From positions 2,376,720 to 2,440,719 of the forward strand of contig OZ241991.1 of the NCBI GenBank assembly GCA_965204095.1: a DNA stretch of 64,000 nucleotides. Direction: 5' to 3'. This DNA is from Bryobacterales bacterium (GTDB lineage: Bacteria > Acidobacteriota > Terriglobia > Bryobacterales > UBA6623). Positions within the stretch are counted from its first letter, which is position 1; every line of letters begins with the position of its first letter. Position numbers and translations under genes: made by a program. Shown piece after piece: positions 7,521-16,418 of the stretch. The notes under the pieces are model-generated. The model made no database searches. It was given only the letters and a program-made list of their open reading frames with translations, and had not been told where the DNA came from.

Positions 7521-10217
7521 ATGAACCGGACCATCGCAACGAAGCTCCCGCCGGTGCTGCGCGCCTGCTGTTTCGGGTTCCTGATTGCGGCGTTGGCTCT
7601 CTCGGCCAACGACGGCGGAACCTATCTGGGCCAAGTCTCCGGCGTTCCCGAGAGCGATGACTTCGATGACGTCAGCGTGCTGCTTAGCGGCATCGCAGTG
7701 CTGAAAACCACCACTCCCGACGGCGATGGCCGATTCGGGTTCTACGGTCTGGCCGACGGCGACTATGTCGTTCAGGTTCGCAAACCGGGGTACAAATCAT
7801 CGCCCGCCCGGCCGTTCCGCGTGGAGATGGGAGGACAGGTCTCGTCGACAAGCGCCGAGAACGAGTTCGTTCTCGAGCAACTGGACTCGAACACGTTCGT
7901 ATTCCATTGGGAGGAGGACCAAAGCACCGCAGGATACGACTATTCGTCCCACGTCAACGAGCCGATCGAAGTCGAGTTCGTCGACGAAGAGACTCCGGCC
8001 CCTGACGGCTCTTCGGCCAACCGGCTTCTCCACGACTACAACATCTCGCTCGTCAATGAAGGCAGCGAAACCTGGACGCACGAGCATGCCTACCGACTTC
8101 TGCAGACGATGGAGACCATTCCCCAGCGGAAGCGGGATCCGTACCGCGAGCAGTCTCTGCCTGCCAGCCGCTGGCACATTGCCTCCGAGCATGTGGAAAA
8201 CGACATTCGGATCGAAGGCGGAGACAGCGACGGACCCACAACGGTCCGGATCGCGGCCGATGCTTTCGTTCATGCTACCCCCAGGATCGCGCGCATCGAG
8301 GGCAAGCGGGGGGCTTACTACTCGCAGCGCCTGCACCATGCTCTCGTGCGGTTCGTCACGGACAATGGCCGGGATGAGGAGGCCTACGAGAAGATCCTCC
8401 AGGAACGGTTCGGCGTGACGACGCGCATCACCGAGAACACCACCTACGAGACCTTGACGGCCAACACGACGAACGAGCCGGCGTCGCGCTTCCAGGCATT
8501 CCATGCCGAAGAGATCGTACAGATCATCAACACCTTCGAGGAGATGCCGGAGGGAATGCATGCGATCGCCGGACTCAAGTACCTGGCAAGACGCCTGGAC
8601 GGAACCCCGCACCCTCTGTATCCCGAGGCTCCCGCCGTCGCCTGGACCGGATCCGGCTACATCGAGTTCATGGAGAAGGGTTTCAACACGTCCTCCATTC
8701 TCTACGTCCACCGGCTGATCATTCACGAGAAGGCGCATTTCCTCTGGGCACACCTGTTCGACGAGCAGTTGAAGCAGGACTGGATCCTGCTGGGAGGCTG
8801 GTACCGCGACGCCAACGACCCGGACGGCTGGTCCACGACCAAGCAGACGGAATTCGTCAGCGCCTACGCCCACGGAAAGAACCCCAATGAGGACATGGCC
8901 GAGTCGGTCGCCTACTTCGTCGTCAACCCGGACAAACTGCGGTCCCGCTCTCCTGGAAAGTATGAGTTCATTCGTGACCGCATCATGCAGGGCAACATCT
9001 ACATTTCGAGGATTCGCGAGGACTTGACGTTCGAGGTGTACAACCTGTACCCGGACTACGTGTACCCCGGCAAGATCCGCCGCGTGGACATCGAGGTGAC
9101 CGGCGGGCCGGAAGAGGACAAGAATGTCAGCGTCGAGATTGAACTGCACGCGCTGGACGTGGGGTTGGAAGGCGCCGTTTACGCGATCACCAGAATCTTC
9201 AGCGAAATCGGCACGTTCAAGGACCTGTACCTCTATCCGGTCGGCTTACCAAGAGGTACGCCAGGCACGGTGCTGTCGGGGAGTTTCAAGCTCGGCAAAT
9301 ACGCCAAGGCGGGCTACTGGAGTCCGGATCAGATCAGACTTTCCGACGCGCACGGCAACGAACGGTTCGAGGGGACTCAGGACTTCGGTTGGCGCCTCTA
9401 CATCAACAACCCGCTGGAAGATGTCACTCCTCCTCGCTATGTGAGGAACTCGGCGTCACTCACAAAATCCAGCGGAACCTTGGAAGGTAGGGAAGTCCAG
9501 TTTATCGAGGTGACATGGGAAGTGGACGAGAACTCGGCGATGAGAGAGAATTGGGCTTGCTACGCATCCCTGAACGACGAGAATGCAGACACGTATCGGT
9601 TCGAAGAGTACGGCCACTACGATCCCGATCAGAGCATCTGCAAGGTAACGTTCGTAATGCCTCACTACATGCCCTCATCGGTGTACACCATGAACTATAT
9701 CAAGATGAGGGACCGGGCCTTGAATACGGCCGGAGTCTATTTCGGGGACCCTGGCCACAGCCTCCGGCAAGAACAATCCATCATCGATGAAACGGCGCAA
9801 CAAATCGAACTGATCACCAACAATGAGGACCTCGAGCCGCCGGAACTGGACCTCAACAACATCAGCATTCAGGCGCAGCCCACCCGGCCCGAGGATCCGA
9901 ACGGCGAGACCTTGGTTACTCTCAACTATCGCGTTCGCGATAACATTTCCGGAGTCACGATTGGATATATCCTCTTGCGAGACCCACAAGGCATTGAACA
10001 CTTCTTTTACATGGCCCCGAAAGATGGATATTTTCATGGATCGACATGGTTTCCATCCGGGGACCCATCACAGTGGTCTGACGAGACCTGGACCGTGCTC
10101 CTGCCTGCGGGGTCCGCGCCAGGGATCTGGGGAGTCGCGGAGATAGCGGTACAGGACCGAGCGAATAACGTCAAGCGTTACAACTTCACCGAAATCGTAC
10201 ACTTCGACGTCGAATAG
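7521..10217 (+). CDS. Large secreted protein with a carboxypeptidase-regulatory-like N-terminal domain and a zincin (HExxH) metallopeptidase-like core
   Basis: The start is taken at ATG 7521 (GAAGGCGGAG just upstream, then signal-like MNRTIATKLPPVLRACCFGFLIAALALSA). It has a TTTPDGDGRFGFYGLADGDYVVQVRKPGYKS beta-sandwich motif, HEKAH at 8724-8738 and NPNEDMAESVAYF at 8880-8918. GC falls to about 50% in the 3' third. Confidence 0.7.
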   Translation: MNRTIATKLPPVLRACCFGFLIAALALSANDGGTYLGQVSGVPESDDFDDVSVLLSGIAVLKTTTPDGDGRFGFYGLADGDYVVQVRKPGYKSSPARPFRVEMGGQVSSTSAENEFVLEQLDSNTFVFHWEEDQSTAGYDYSSHVNEPIEVEFVDEETPAPDGSSANRLLHDYNISLVNEGSETWTHEHAYRLLQTMETIPQRKRDPYREQSLPASRWHIASEHVENDIRIEGGDSDGPTTVRIAADAFVHATPRIARIEGKRGAYYSQRLHHALVRFVTDNGRDEEAYEKILQERFGVTTRITENTTYETLTANTTNEPASRFQAFHAEEIVQIINTFEEMPEGMHAIAGLKYLARRLDGTPHPLYPEAPAVAWTGSGYIEFMEKGFNTSSILYVHRLIIHEKAHFLWAHLFDEQLKQDWILLGGWYRDANDPDGWSTTKQTEFVSAYAHGKNPNEDMAESVAYFVVNPDKLRSRSPGKYEFIRDRIMQGNIYISRIREDLTFEVYNLYPDYVYPGKIRRVDIEVTGGPEEDKNVSVEIELHALDVGLEGAVYAITRIFSEIGTFKDLYLYPVGLPRGTPGTVLSGSFKLGKYAKAGYWSPDQIRLSDAHGNERFEGTQDFGWRLYINNPLEDVTPPRYVRNSASLTKSSGTLEGREVQFIEVTWEVDENSAMRENWACYASLNDENADTYRFEEYGHYDPDQSICKVTFVMPHYMPSSVYTMNYIKMRDRALNTAGVYFGDPGHSLRQEQSIIDETAQQIELITNNEDLEPPELDLNNISIQAQPTRPEDPNGETLVTLNYRVRDNISGVTIGYILLRDPQGIEHFFYMAPKDGYFHGSTWFPSGDPSQWSDETWTVLLPAGSAPGIWGVAEIAVQDRANNVKRYNFTEIVHFDVE

Positions 10218-10361
10218 CGGGACACATCAGGAAAGCTGCGGACGTTGAGGGCGGCCGGGATGACCCGACCGGCCCCTCTTCGGAAGGGAAGGTCGATGTT
10301 CGTCCGGGTCGAGGACGCGGAACTAGGGACGCGCACAGGCCGATCTGATATCATTCCCCGC

Positions 10362-11597
10362 ATGCGAATCGAGCTGACCTGCTTGCTTACTCCGGCCGCG
10401 GCGGCGGTCCTGGCGGTCTGCCCGGCTCCGGGAGCGGAGCCCTCCTTCCAGGAAGAGACCTTCCACGGGCGTTACGCCTACGTGCTGGAGACGGATCAAC
10501 TGCGGGTGAGCGCGCTTCGCGGTGCGGGACATTGGGCCGAGATCCGGCTCAAGTCCGACGACCCGAAAAAGAGCGTCAACCCGATGCGCATTCCGCACTT
10601 CCCCACGATCGAGCCGTGGGAGTACGACGGCGCCAAGCACGACAAGATCTACGGCGGCGGGACGAACCGCTGGCTGCAATCCGGGTACATGGGACATCTG
10701 CTGAACTTCCCGACGTTCGGCGGGCCTTCCGAAAAGGAAGCGCAAAGCGGCCTCGGCAATCACGGCGAAGCGTTGGTCGCGGAGTGGAAGAAGGACGCGG
10801 CGATCACGAGCGCGGAGGCGGTCCAGCTCGTCTACTCCGCCTACCTGCCCAAGACCCAGTACAACGTTGGTCGGACGCTGACCCTGATCGACGGAGAGAC
10901 CGTGATGTACGTCGAGGAGTGGGTCGAAAACCTGCTTGCGTTCGGCCGGCCAGCTCACTGGGTGCAGCACGCGACGTTCGGACCGCCGTTCGTCGAGCCC
11001 GGCAAGAACGTGCTCGACGCATCGGCGACGCGGGGCGAAGTGCGCGGTCCGACCAGTCCGAACCGCATGCTGGCCAGGGGCTCGATCGACTGGCCGTGGG
11101 GGACGTCGCCGGAAGGACGCCGAGTCAGTCTGCGCGAGATGCAGGACCGGCCGAAATCCGGCATCTACTACGCGATGTTGATGGACCCGGACCGCGAGCG
11201 CAACTACTTCACGATGTTCCACAAGGACTACAACGTGCTGATCGGCTACCTGTGGCACACGAAGGACTTTCCGTGGCTTGGCGACTGGCAGGAGAACCAG
11301 GGCAACGGCGGTTTGCCGTGGAACCACCAGGTCGTGGCCCGGGGCATGGAGTTCGGCACGACGCCGTTTGGCGGGCCGATGGAGAACGTCGTCAGCGAAG
11401 GCACGCTCTACGGCGTGCCGTTGTATCGCTGGATCGACGGCCGCGAAAAGGCAACGGTCCGCTACGTGGTCTTTCTCGCCGAGATTCCCGACGGCTACGA
11501 AGGGGTGCAAGACGTCGAGACGAAAGCCGGCAAGATCGTCATCAGCGAGCAAGGGACGGGCCGCTCGATCGTGCTCGACAGCAGCAGGGAGTGGTGA
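10362..11597 (+). CDS. hypothetical secreted protein
   Basis: ORF 10245..11597. The start is placed at ATG 10362, where a signal-like peptide begins (MRIELTCLLTPAAAAVLAVCPAPGA). I recognise no domain. Confidence 0.5.
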   Translation: MRIELTCLLTPAAAAVLAVCPAPGAEPSFQEETFHGRYAYVLETDQLRVSALRGAGHWAEIRLKSDDPKKSVNPMRIPHFPTIEPWEYDGAKHDKIYGGGTNRWLQSGYMGHLLNFPTFGGPSEKEAQSGLGNHGEALVAEWKKDAAITSAEAVQLVYSAYLPKTQYNVGRTLTLIDGETVMYVEEWVENLLAFGRPAHWVQHATFGPPFVEPGKNVLDASATRGEVRGPTSPNRMLARGSIDWPWGTSPEGRRVSLREMQDRPKSGIYYAMLMDPDRERNYFTMFHKDYNVLIGYLWHTKDFPWLGDWQENQGNGGLPWNHQVVARGMEFGTTPFGGPMENVVSEGTLYGVPLYRWIDGREKATVRYVVFLAEIPDGYEGVQDVETKAGKIVISEQGTGRSIVLDSSREW

Positions 11598-11607
11598 AGC
11601 GGTGACG

Positions 11608-12417
11608 ATGAAGACGCTACTGGCGGCAAGCTGCCTGCTGTTCGCCCCGGCTTCCTCCGCGCAGGAGTCCAAGATGATCGTGACGGTCGTCGATCAGAAG
11701 ACCGGCGAGCCGATTCGCGGTCTGGAAGCGCGGAACTTCCACATCATGGACGACAAGACGCGGCTGCGTGTCGATGACGCCGAGTTCAAGAACACGACGA
11801 TCGACATCATGCTGTTGATCGACACCAGTCTGGCCGGACCGATGGTCCGGCCGCTGGCCGGCTCGTTCATCAACGAACTGGGCGAAAAGGAGCAGATGGC
11901 GATCGTCTCGTACCACGACTCCGCCGATCTGATCCAGGACTTCACTTCGAGCAAATCGCTGCTTCACCAAGCCTTGGAGCGAGTACAGTACGGCAACAAC
12001 CCGCGAGTCCTCGACGCGCTGTACGCCGCGATCGACGGCGGATTCACCTCGAACGTAGGGCGGCGCGTGATCGTCCTGCTGTCGGCAGGAGTCGAAGGAT
12101 ACAGCCGGGTCAACGAGGGAGAAGTCCTGCGGTTGGCCCGCAGCCGCGGCGTCTCGATCTTTCCGGTCTACGTGGTGGGCGTCGAGCGCGGGATGTTCCG
12201 GCGCTTGTCGGACTACTCTGGGGGCGCTCCGTACGCTGCGCGGAAGCTGAAACTTCAGCCCGCGGCGCTGAGCCGCCTCGTCTACTCGGTCTTGCGGGAG
12301 TACTACGAACTGGAGGTCAGCGGCGTGTACACCCTGGGCGACCGCATCCAGGTGACCATCGAGAGGCTGGGGAAGTCGAAGCAAAAACTCCGCGCATCAA
12401 GCCTGCCACTCGAATGA
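11608..12417 (+). CDS. VWA (von Willebrand factor type A) domain-containing secreted protein
   Basis: Signal peptide MKTLLAASCLLFAPASSAQ, then the layout VVDQKTGEPIRGLEARNFHIMDDKTRL...IDIMLLIDTSLAG typical of acidobacterial VWA proteins. Confidence 0.6.
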   Translation: MKTLLAASCLLFAPASSAQESKMIVTVVDQKTGEPIRGLEARNFHIMDDKTRLRVDDAEFKNTTIDIMLLIDTSLAGPMVRPLAGSFINELGEKEQMAIVSYHDSADLIQDFTSSKSLLHQALERVQYGNNPRVLDALYAAIDGGFTSNVGRRVIVLLSAGVEGYSRVNEGEVLRLARSRGVSIFPVYVVGVERGMFRRLSDYSGGAPYAARKLKLQPAALSRLVYSVLREYYELEVSGVYTLGDRIQVTIERLGKSKQKLRASSLPLE

Positions 12418-12420
12418 GAA

Positions 12421-12450
12421 AGCCGGCACCCCAGAGGAGCCGGCTTCTTC
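12421..12450. terminator. Hairpin between convergent genes (possible bidirectional terminator)
   Basis: AGCCGGC-(11 nt)-GCCGGCT, followed by TCTTC. It lies between the stops at 12417 (+) and 12475 (-). Confidence 0.4.
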
Positions 12451-12474
12451 GATGCGCCTGCAAACCGGGCCGGG

Positions 12475-13404
12475 CTATTCGCCGCCGGAGGTGTTCGCCG
12501 CCGCTCGCCGGGGTTGCTGGACCTTGGGGGTCGCCAGATAGCCGACGATGCGGTCTTTGGAGATGCGGTTGACGACCAGCTCGCAGGGTTGGCGCGACCC
12601 GATGACATAGAACTGGACGGGTTCGAGCAGCGTCTTGTTCTTCTTTTCAATCCGCTTATCATCGGCCCAGAGGTCGATGTTGAAGCGATTGCGCTTGGTA
12701 TCGGCTCTGCGGAGCCGAATGGTGACCGGGCCGACCCGCGAGGCCTGCTTCGCTTTGGTGATATCGAACTCGAAGTAGTTCCGCTCGCCCAACTCGCGCA
12801 GCGCCTTGAGCTCATCGGCGTTCGTCGCGATCAGGCCGCTCTGCACGCCGAGGTCGCCGCGTACCGTCTTCAGATCGGCGATCGTCCGCTCCAACTCCTG
12901 CCGCGTCTCGTCAACCTTCTCTTCGACAGTGCCCACCTTGCCCGTCAGCGAGCCGAGCCGGTTCCCGGTCTGCTGCGTCGTGGAGCGCAACTCCTGAATG
13001 CTGCCGCCCACCTCGTTGAAGCGGGCCTGCTGCTGAGCCTGGGTCTCTTCGATGGCCTGCGAGAGCCTGGCGGCGCGCCCCATCGCACGCTTCTCGACCT
13101 GGCTGGTCTTGGCGGAGAGTTCCTTTTCAGCGGAGTCCACCAGCCCCTCGACCTTCTTGACGCTCGAGGTGATCTCCCTCGATGTGCGGGTGACCGAGCC
13201 CTCCAGTTGCGCCAGCTTCTCTTCATGGACCTGAAGCATGGCGACGTGCGGTTCGAGCCGCGCCTGGGTGTCCTTCAATTCGAGAAACAGGTACAGCGTG
13301 GCTCCCATCAGGCAGGCCACCACCACGAGCAGGCCGATCATGATCGGCGGCGTAGCCGGACGGCCTCCGGCCGGTTGGTCGGGATCATACGGATTCGTAG
13401 ACAT
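12475..13404 (-). CDS. hypothetical membrane-anchored coiled-coil protein
   Basis: 309-aa ORF with an N-terminal TM segment (IMIGLLVVVACLMGATLYLFL). A long heptad-like E/K/Q-rich region follows, then a globular C-terminus. Confidence 0.55.
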   Translation of the reverse strand: MSTNPYDPDQPAGGRPATPPIMIGLLVVVACLMGATLYLFLELKDTQARLEPHVAMLQVHEEKLAQLEGSVTRTSREITSSVKKVEGLVDSAEKELSAKTSQVEKRAMGRAARLSQAIEETQAQQQARFNEVGGSIQELRSTTQQTGNRLGSLTGKVGTVEEKVDETRQELERTIADLKTVRGDLGVQSGLIATNADELKALRELGERNYFEFDITKAKQASRVGPVTIRLRRADTKRNRFNIDLWADDKRIEKKNKTLLEPVQFYVIGSRQPCELVVNRISKDRIVGYLATPKVQQPRRAAANTSGGE

Positions 13405-13644
13405 TCAGCTTTCCCCCGGGAAGGATCTCTTCAATCGAACAAGCGGTTCAGGGCGGGGGCCGCCAACGTTACCGCCGGCTCTATTGTAACATCGCCCTCC
13501 GCAGCGAACTATCTCAAGCGAACTGTCTCATTGGACGCGGGGAGCACCCCATCCGGTTACCTTCAAGCTATCGTTCCGGTCGGTTCACGCCGGTGTTCGC
13601 CCGGGACGGAACTCTCGGGAGGTTTGTTATGATCGGCTGTCCCG

Positions 13645-14562
13645 ATGCCCGCGGCTCCCCGGTTGTCGATCGTCGTCCCTGTGCGGAATGAGCAGGATAC
13701 GGTCCAGGAACTGGCCGCAAGGATCGCCGGAGCCGTCCAGGATGAGTACGAGCTCATCTTCATCGACGACGGCAGCACCGACGACACCTGGAAACGGTTA
13801 GTGGAACTCCACCAGCCGGGCCGGGTCCGACTGTTGCGCTTTCGCAGGAACTCCGGGAAGACGCCCGCGTTGATGGCCGGGTTCCGCGCGGCGCGGGGCG
13901 AAACGATCATAACGCTGGACGGCGATCTGCAGGACGACCCTGCCGAGATCCCCCGCTTCGTCGCCAAGCTCGGCGAGGGTTACGACCTGGTCACGGGCTG
14001 GAAGAAGCACCGCCGCGATCCCCGGATCAAAGTGATCTCGTCGCGGCTGTTCAACTTCGCCGCGCGGCTCTCCACGGGTCTGCGGCTCCATGACATCAAT
14101 TGCGGATTCAAAGCCATGCGGGGCGAAACGGCGCGCTCGATGCGCATTTTCGGTGAACTGCACCGCTTCATTCCGGTTCTGGCGGCCGCCCGAGGCTTCC
14201 GGGTCACCGAGATCGAGGTCACCCACCATTCGCGCCGCCACGGCCGCTCCAAGTACGGCATCGAACGAATGTTCAGGGGCCTGTTCGACCTGATCACGGT
14301 CGTGCTGGCGACCCGGTTGCTCAAGCGACCGGCGCAGGGGTTCGTCCGGGTGGATCTCGCTTTCCTGGCGCTGGCGCTGTTATTGCTCGGGGGGTTGATC
14401 GTACTGGACGCCGGGACGCCGCCGCTCGTCGCTGCGGGCGCGGTCCTCATTCTGGCGAGGGGCGTCTTCAGGGCCGCGGGCCGGGCGGCGGAGCGTGTCG
14501 CGGCCACGGAAGCGCCGGGGCCGGAGATTCCCAGATATGCGATCCAGGAGAGGCTCGACTGA
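13645..14562 (+). CDS. Family 2 glycosyltransferase (polyprenol-phosphate glycosyltransferase-like)
   Basis: LSIVVPVRNEQD...FIDDGSTDDT...DGDLQDDP motifs of GT2/DPM1-like enzymes, with C-terminal TM helices. Confidence 0.8.
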   Translation: MPAAPRLSIVVPVRNEQDTVQELAARIAGAVQDEYELIFIDDGSTDDTWKRLVELHQPGRVRLLRFRRNSGKTPALMAGFRAARGETIITLDGDLQDDPAEIPRFVAKLGEGYDLVTGWKKHRRDPRIKVISSRLFNFAARLSTGLRLHDINCGFKAMRGETARSMRIFGELHRFIPVLAAARGFRVTEIEVTHHSRRHGRSKYGIERMFRGLFDLITVVLATRLLKRPAQGFVRVDLAFLALALLLLGGLIVLDAGTPPLVAAGAVLILARGVFRAAGRAAERVAATEAPGPEIPRYAIQERLD

Positions 14563-14610
14563 GTCCGAGGCATCCGCCTGACAGCGACGAAAAGAGCACG
14601 AGATTCCCGC

Positions 14611-15528
14611 TTGCAACGCGCCGTTCAGGTCCTGAAGTATCTCGTTCCGGTGGTCATCGCGTTCTTCATCGGAAGGGTCATCTATCAGAACTGGCAGGAG
14701 GTGCGGAATGCGGCCTGGAGTTTCCGTCCGCTCGAGCTTACGGCTTCTTTCCTGCTGACCGGCTGGTGGTTCGTCCTGCGGCCCCGCGTGTGGGGATTCG
14801 TCCTGGACCACTTCGGACACAAGCTCACTTTCCATCAGGCGTTCCAAGTCGTGCGAAAAGCGGAGTTGAGCCGCTACGTGCCCGGCACGATCTGGCAGTA
14901 CGTCAGCCGCATCTACCTGGCCGGCCTCTACGGCGTGCCCACCCATGCGACCATCGCCACCACGCTGGTGGAAACGGTCATTCTGTTTCTGGCGTCGCTG
15001 ATTCCCGCCCTGTGGTTTCTGTCGGAAACGCTGCCGTCGCTGAACCGCTATCACCTGATCATGTTGTGGATCATCCCGATCGCGGCCTTCGTTGCGATCC
15101 ACCCCGGGGTTCTGAACTTCTGGGCGAAACGCCTCTCGCGGCGGCTCAAGCAGGAGTACGAACCGCTGAAGATCCGCTGGCTGACTATGGCGGGCATCTG
15201 GGCGTTCCTGCTGCTGAGCTGGCTGATCTTCGGGACCGCGGCGGCGCTGTTCGTCCGCGGAGTACTCGCGACGCCGTGGGGAATGATTCCGCAGCTCGCG
15301 AGCGACTACGCGCTTTCCTGGGTGGTGGGCATGATCTCGATGATCGCGCCCGCCGGGATGGGCATTCGCGACGGCATGTTCGGCCTGCTCGCGGGACAGC
15401 GCATCGGCATCGGCACCGCCATGACCGTCGCCGTCGGCCTGCGGCTGTGGCTGACGCTGACCGAGCTGGCCTGGACCTTCGGCGGCCTGTGGTTTTTGGG
15501 GCGGCGGGATAAAGGCCGTGTTTCGTGA
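14611..15528 (+). CDS. Flippase-like / lysylphosphatidylglycerol-synthase TM-region family membrane protein (UPF0104)
   Basis: 305-aa polytopic ORF with a TTG start, immediately after the GT2 gene (a common pairing). The last about 6 codons (DKGRVS) and the TGA stop lie inside repeat copy 3. Confidence 0.6.
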   Translation: MQRAVQVLKYLVPVVIAFFIGRVIYQNWQEVRNAAWSFRPLELTASFLLTGWWFVLRPRVWGFVLDHFGHKLTFHQAFQVVRKAELSRYVPGTIWQYVSRIYLAGLYGVPTHATIATTLVETVILFLASLIPALWFLSETLPSLNRYHLIMLWIIPIAAFVAIHPGVLNFWAKRLSRRLKQEYEPLKIRWLTMAGIWAFLLLSWLIFGTAAALFVRGVLATPWGMIPQLASDYALSWVVGMISMIAPAGMGIRDGMFGLLAGQRIGIGTAMTVAVGLRLWLTLTELAWTFGGLWFLGRRDKGRVS

Positions 15529-15702
15529 TTCGTGACCCAAAAACCCGGGATGCGATGCGGTCGTGGCTCCAGGGCGGCGTGGGAAAAGGCCATGATTCGT
15601 GAAAAACCTTAAAGGCCGTGTCGCTGGCGCCAAGCGGCTCACGCCTCGTCCTGGCGGCCCTCTCACCCACTTCGCCTCGCCACGCGGTGAGACATGCAGG
15701 CT
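15511..15702 (+). mobile_element. MITE-like repeat, 3' partial (copy 3)
   Basis: It lacks the 5' TIR. It has heptamer blocks plus the conserved 3' arm ...GCGCCAAGCGGCTCACGCCTCGTCCTGGCGGCCCTCTCACCCACTTCGCCTCGCCACGCGGTGAGACATGCAGGCT. Confidence 0.7.
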
Positions 15703-15752
15703 CATGCTCCCATCTCAAGCGAGTGCGCTTGCGGGTCGGCAGTGCAGAAGTC

Positions 15753-16418
15753 ATGTTCAACAACCCTTCTCGTGAGCGGACTGCATCGCGTTGCCGTGGT
15801 ACTATCGCCTCATTGCCGGTGGGGGGATACATCCTGGTTGGCGGGAAGAGCTCCCGCCTGGGAAAGGACAAGGCGCTGCTGGAGATCGAGGGGCAGCCGC
15901 TTGCCGTCCGCATCGCCGCATGCATGCGGCCGGCCGTCGACTCGGTGACACTCGTCGGACCTCCGGCCAAGTACGGCCGCCTGGGGCCACGGGTCATTCC
16001 CGATGCCGTTGCGGATTTCGGGCCGCTGGGCGGGCTGCTGGCGGCGCTCGAGGACTCGACGCACGAGTGGAACCTGATCGCAGCCTGTGATATGCCCTGC
16101 GTCACAACGGAACTGTTCCGTTCGCTCGTCGGCCGGACGGCGGACTGCTCCGAAGACCTGGTGCTGCCCTATGACGGCGAGGGACGGCCCGAACCGCTTT
16201 GCGCGGTCTACCGATCGACAGCTCGGACCGCTGTCCGGAGGGCGGTCGCAAGCGGGATTCACAAAGTCATGAGAGCGCTGAACGGTTTGAATGTGTTGCG
16301 TTTGATGCCCGCCGACTACGCGGCTGTCGACCCCGATGGCCGCGCGTTCACCAATCTGAACCACCCCGGCGATCTCGAACAGGCGGGCCTCGGCGGCAAC
16401 AGTCATCGGACGCGATGA
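15753..16418 (+). CDS. mobA: MobA-like nucleotidyltransferase (molybdenum cofactor guanylyltransferase family)
   Basis: GGYILVGGKSSRLGKDKALL...PLGGLLAAL...LIAACDMPCVT motifs. The start is chosen at ATG 15753, outside the repeat. Confidence 0.7.
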   Translation: MFNNPSRERTASRCRGTIASLPVGGYILVGGKSSRLGKDKALLEIEGQPLAVRIAACMRPAVDSVTLVGPPAKYGRLGPRVIPDAVADFGPLGGLLAALEDSTHEWNLIAACDMPCVTTELFRSLVGRTADCSEDLVLPYDGEGRPEPLCAVYRSTARTAVRRAVASGIHKVMRALNGLNVLRLMPADYAAVDPDGRAFTNLNHPGDLEQAGLGGNSHRTR

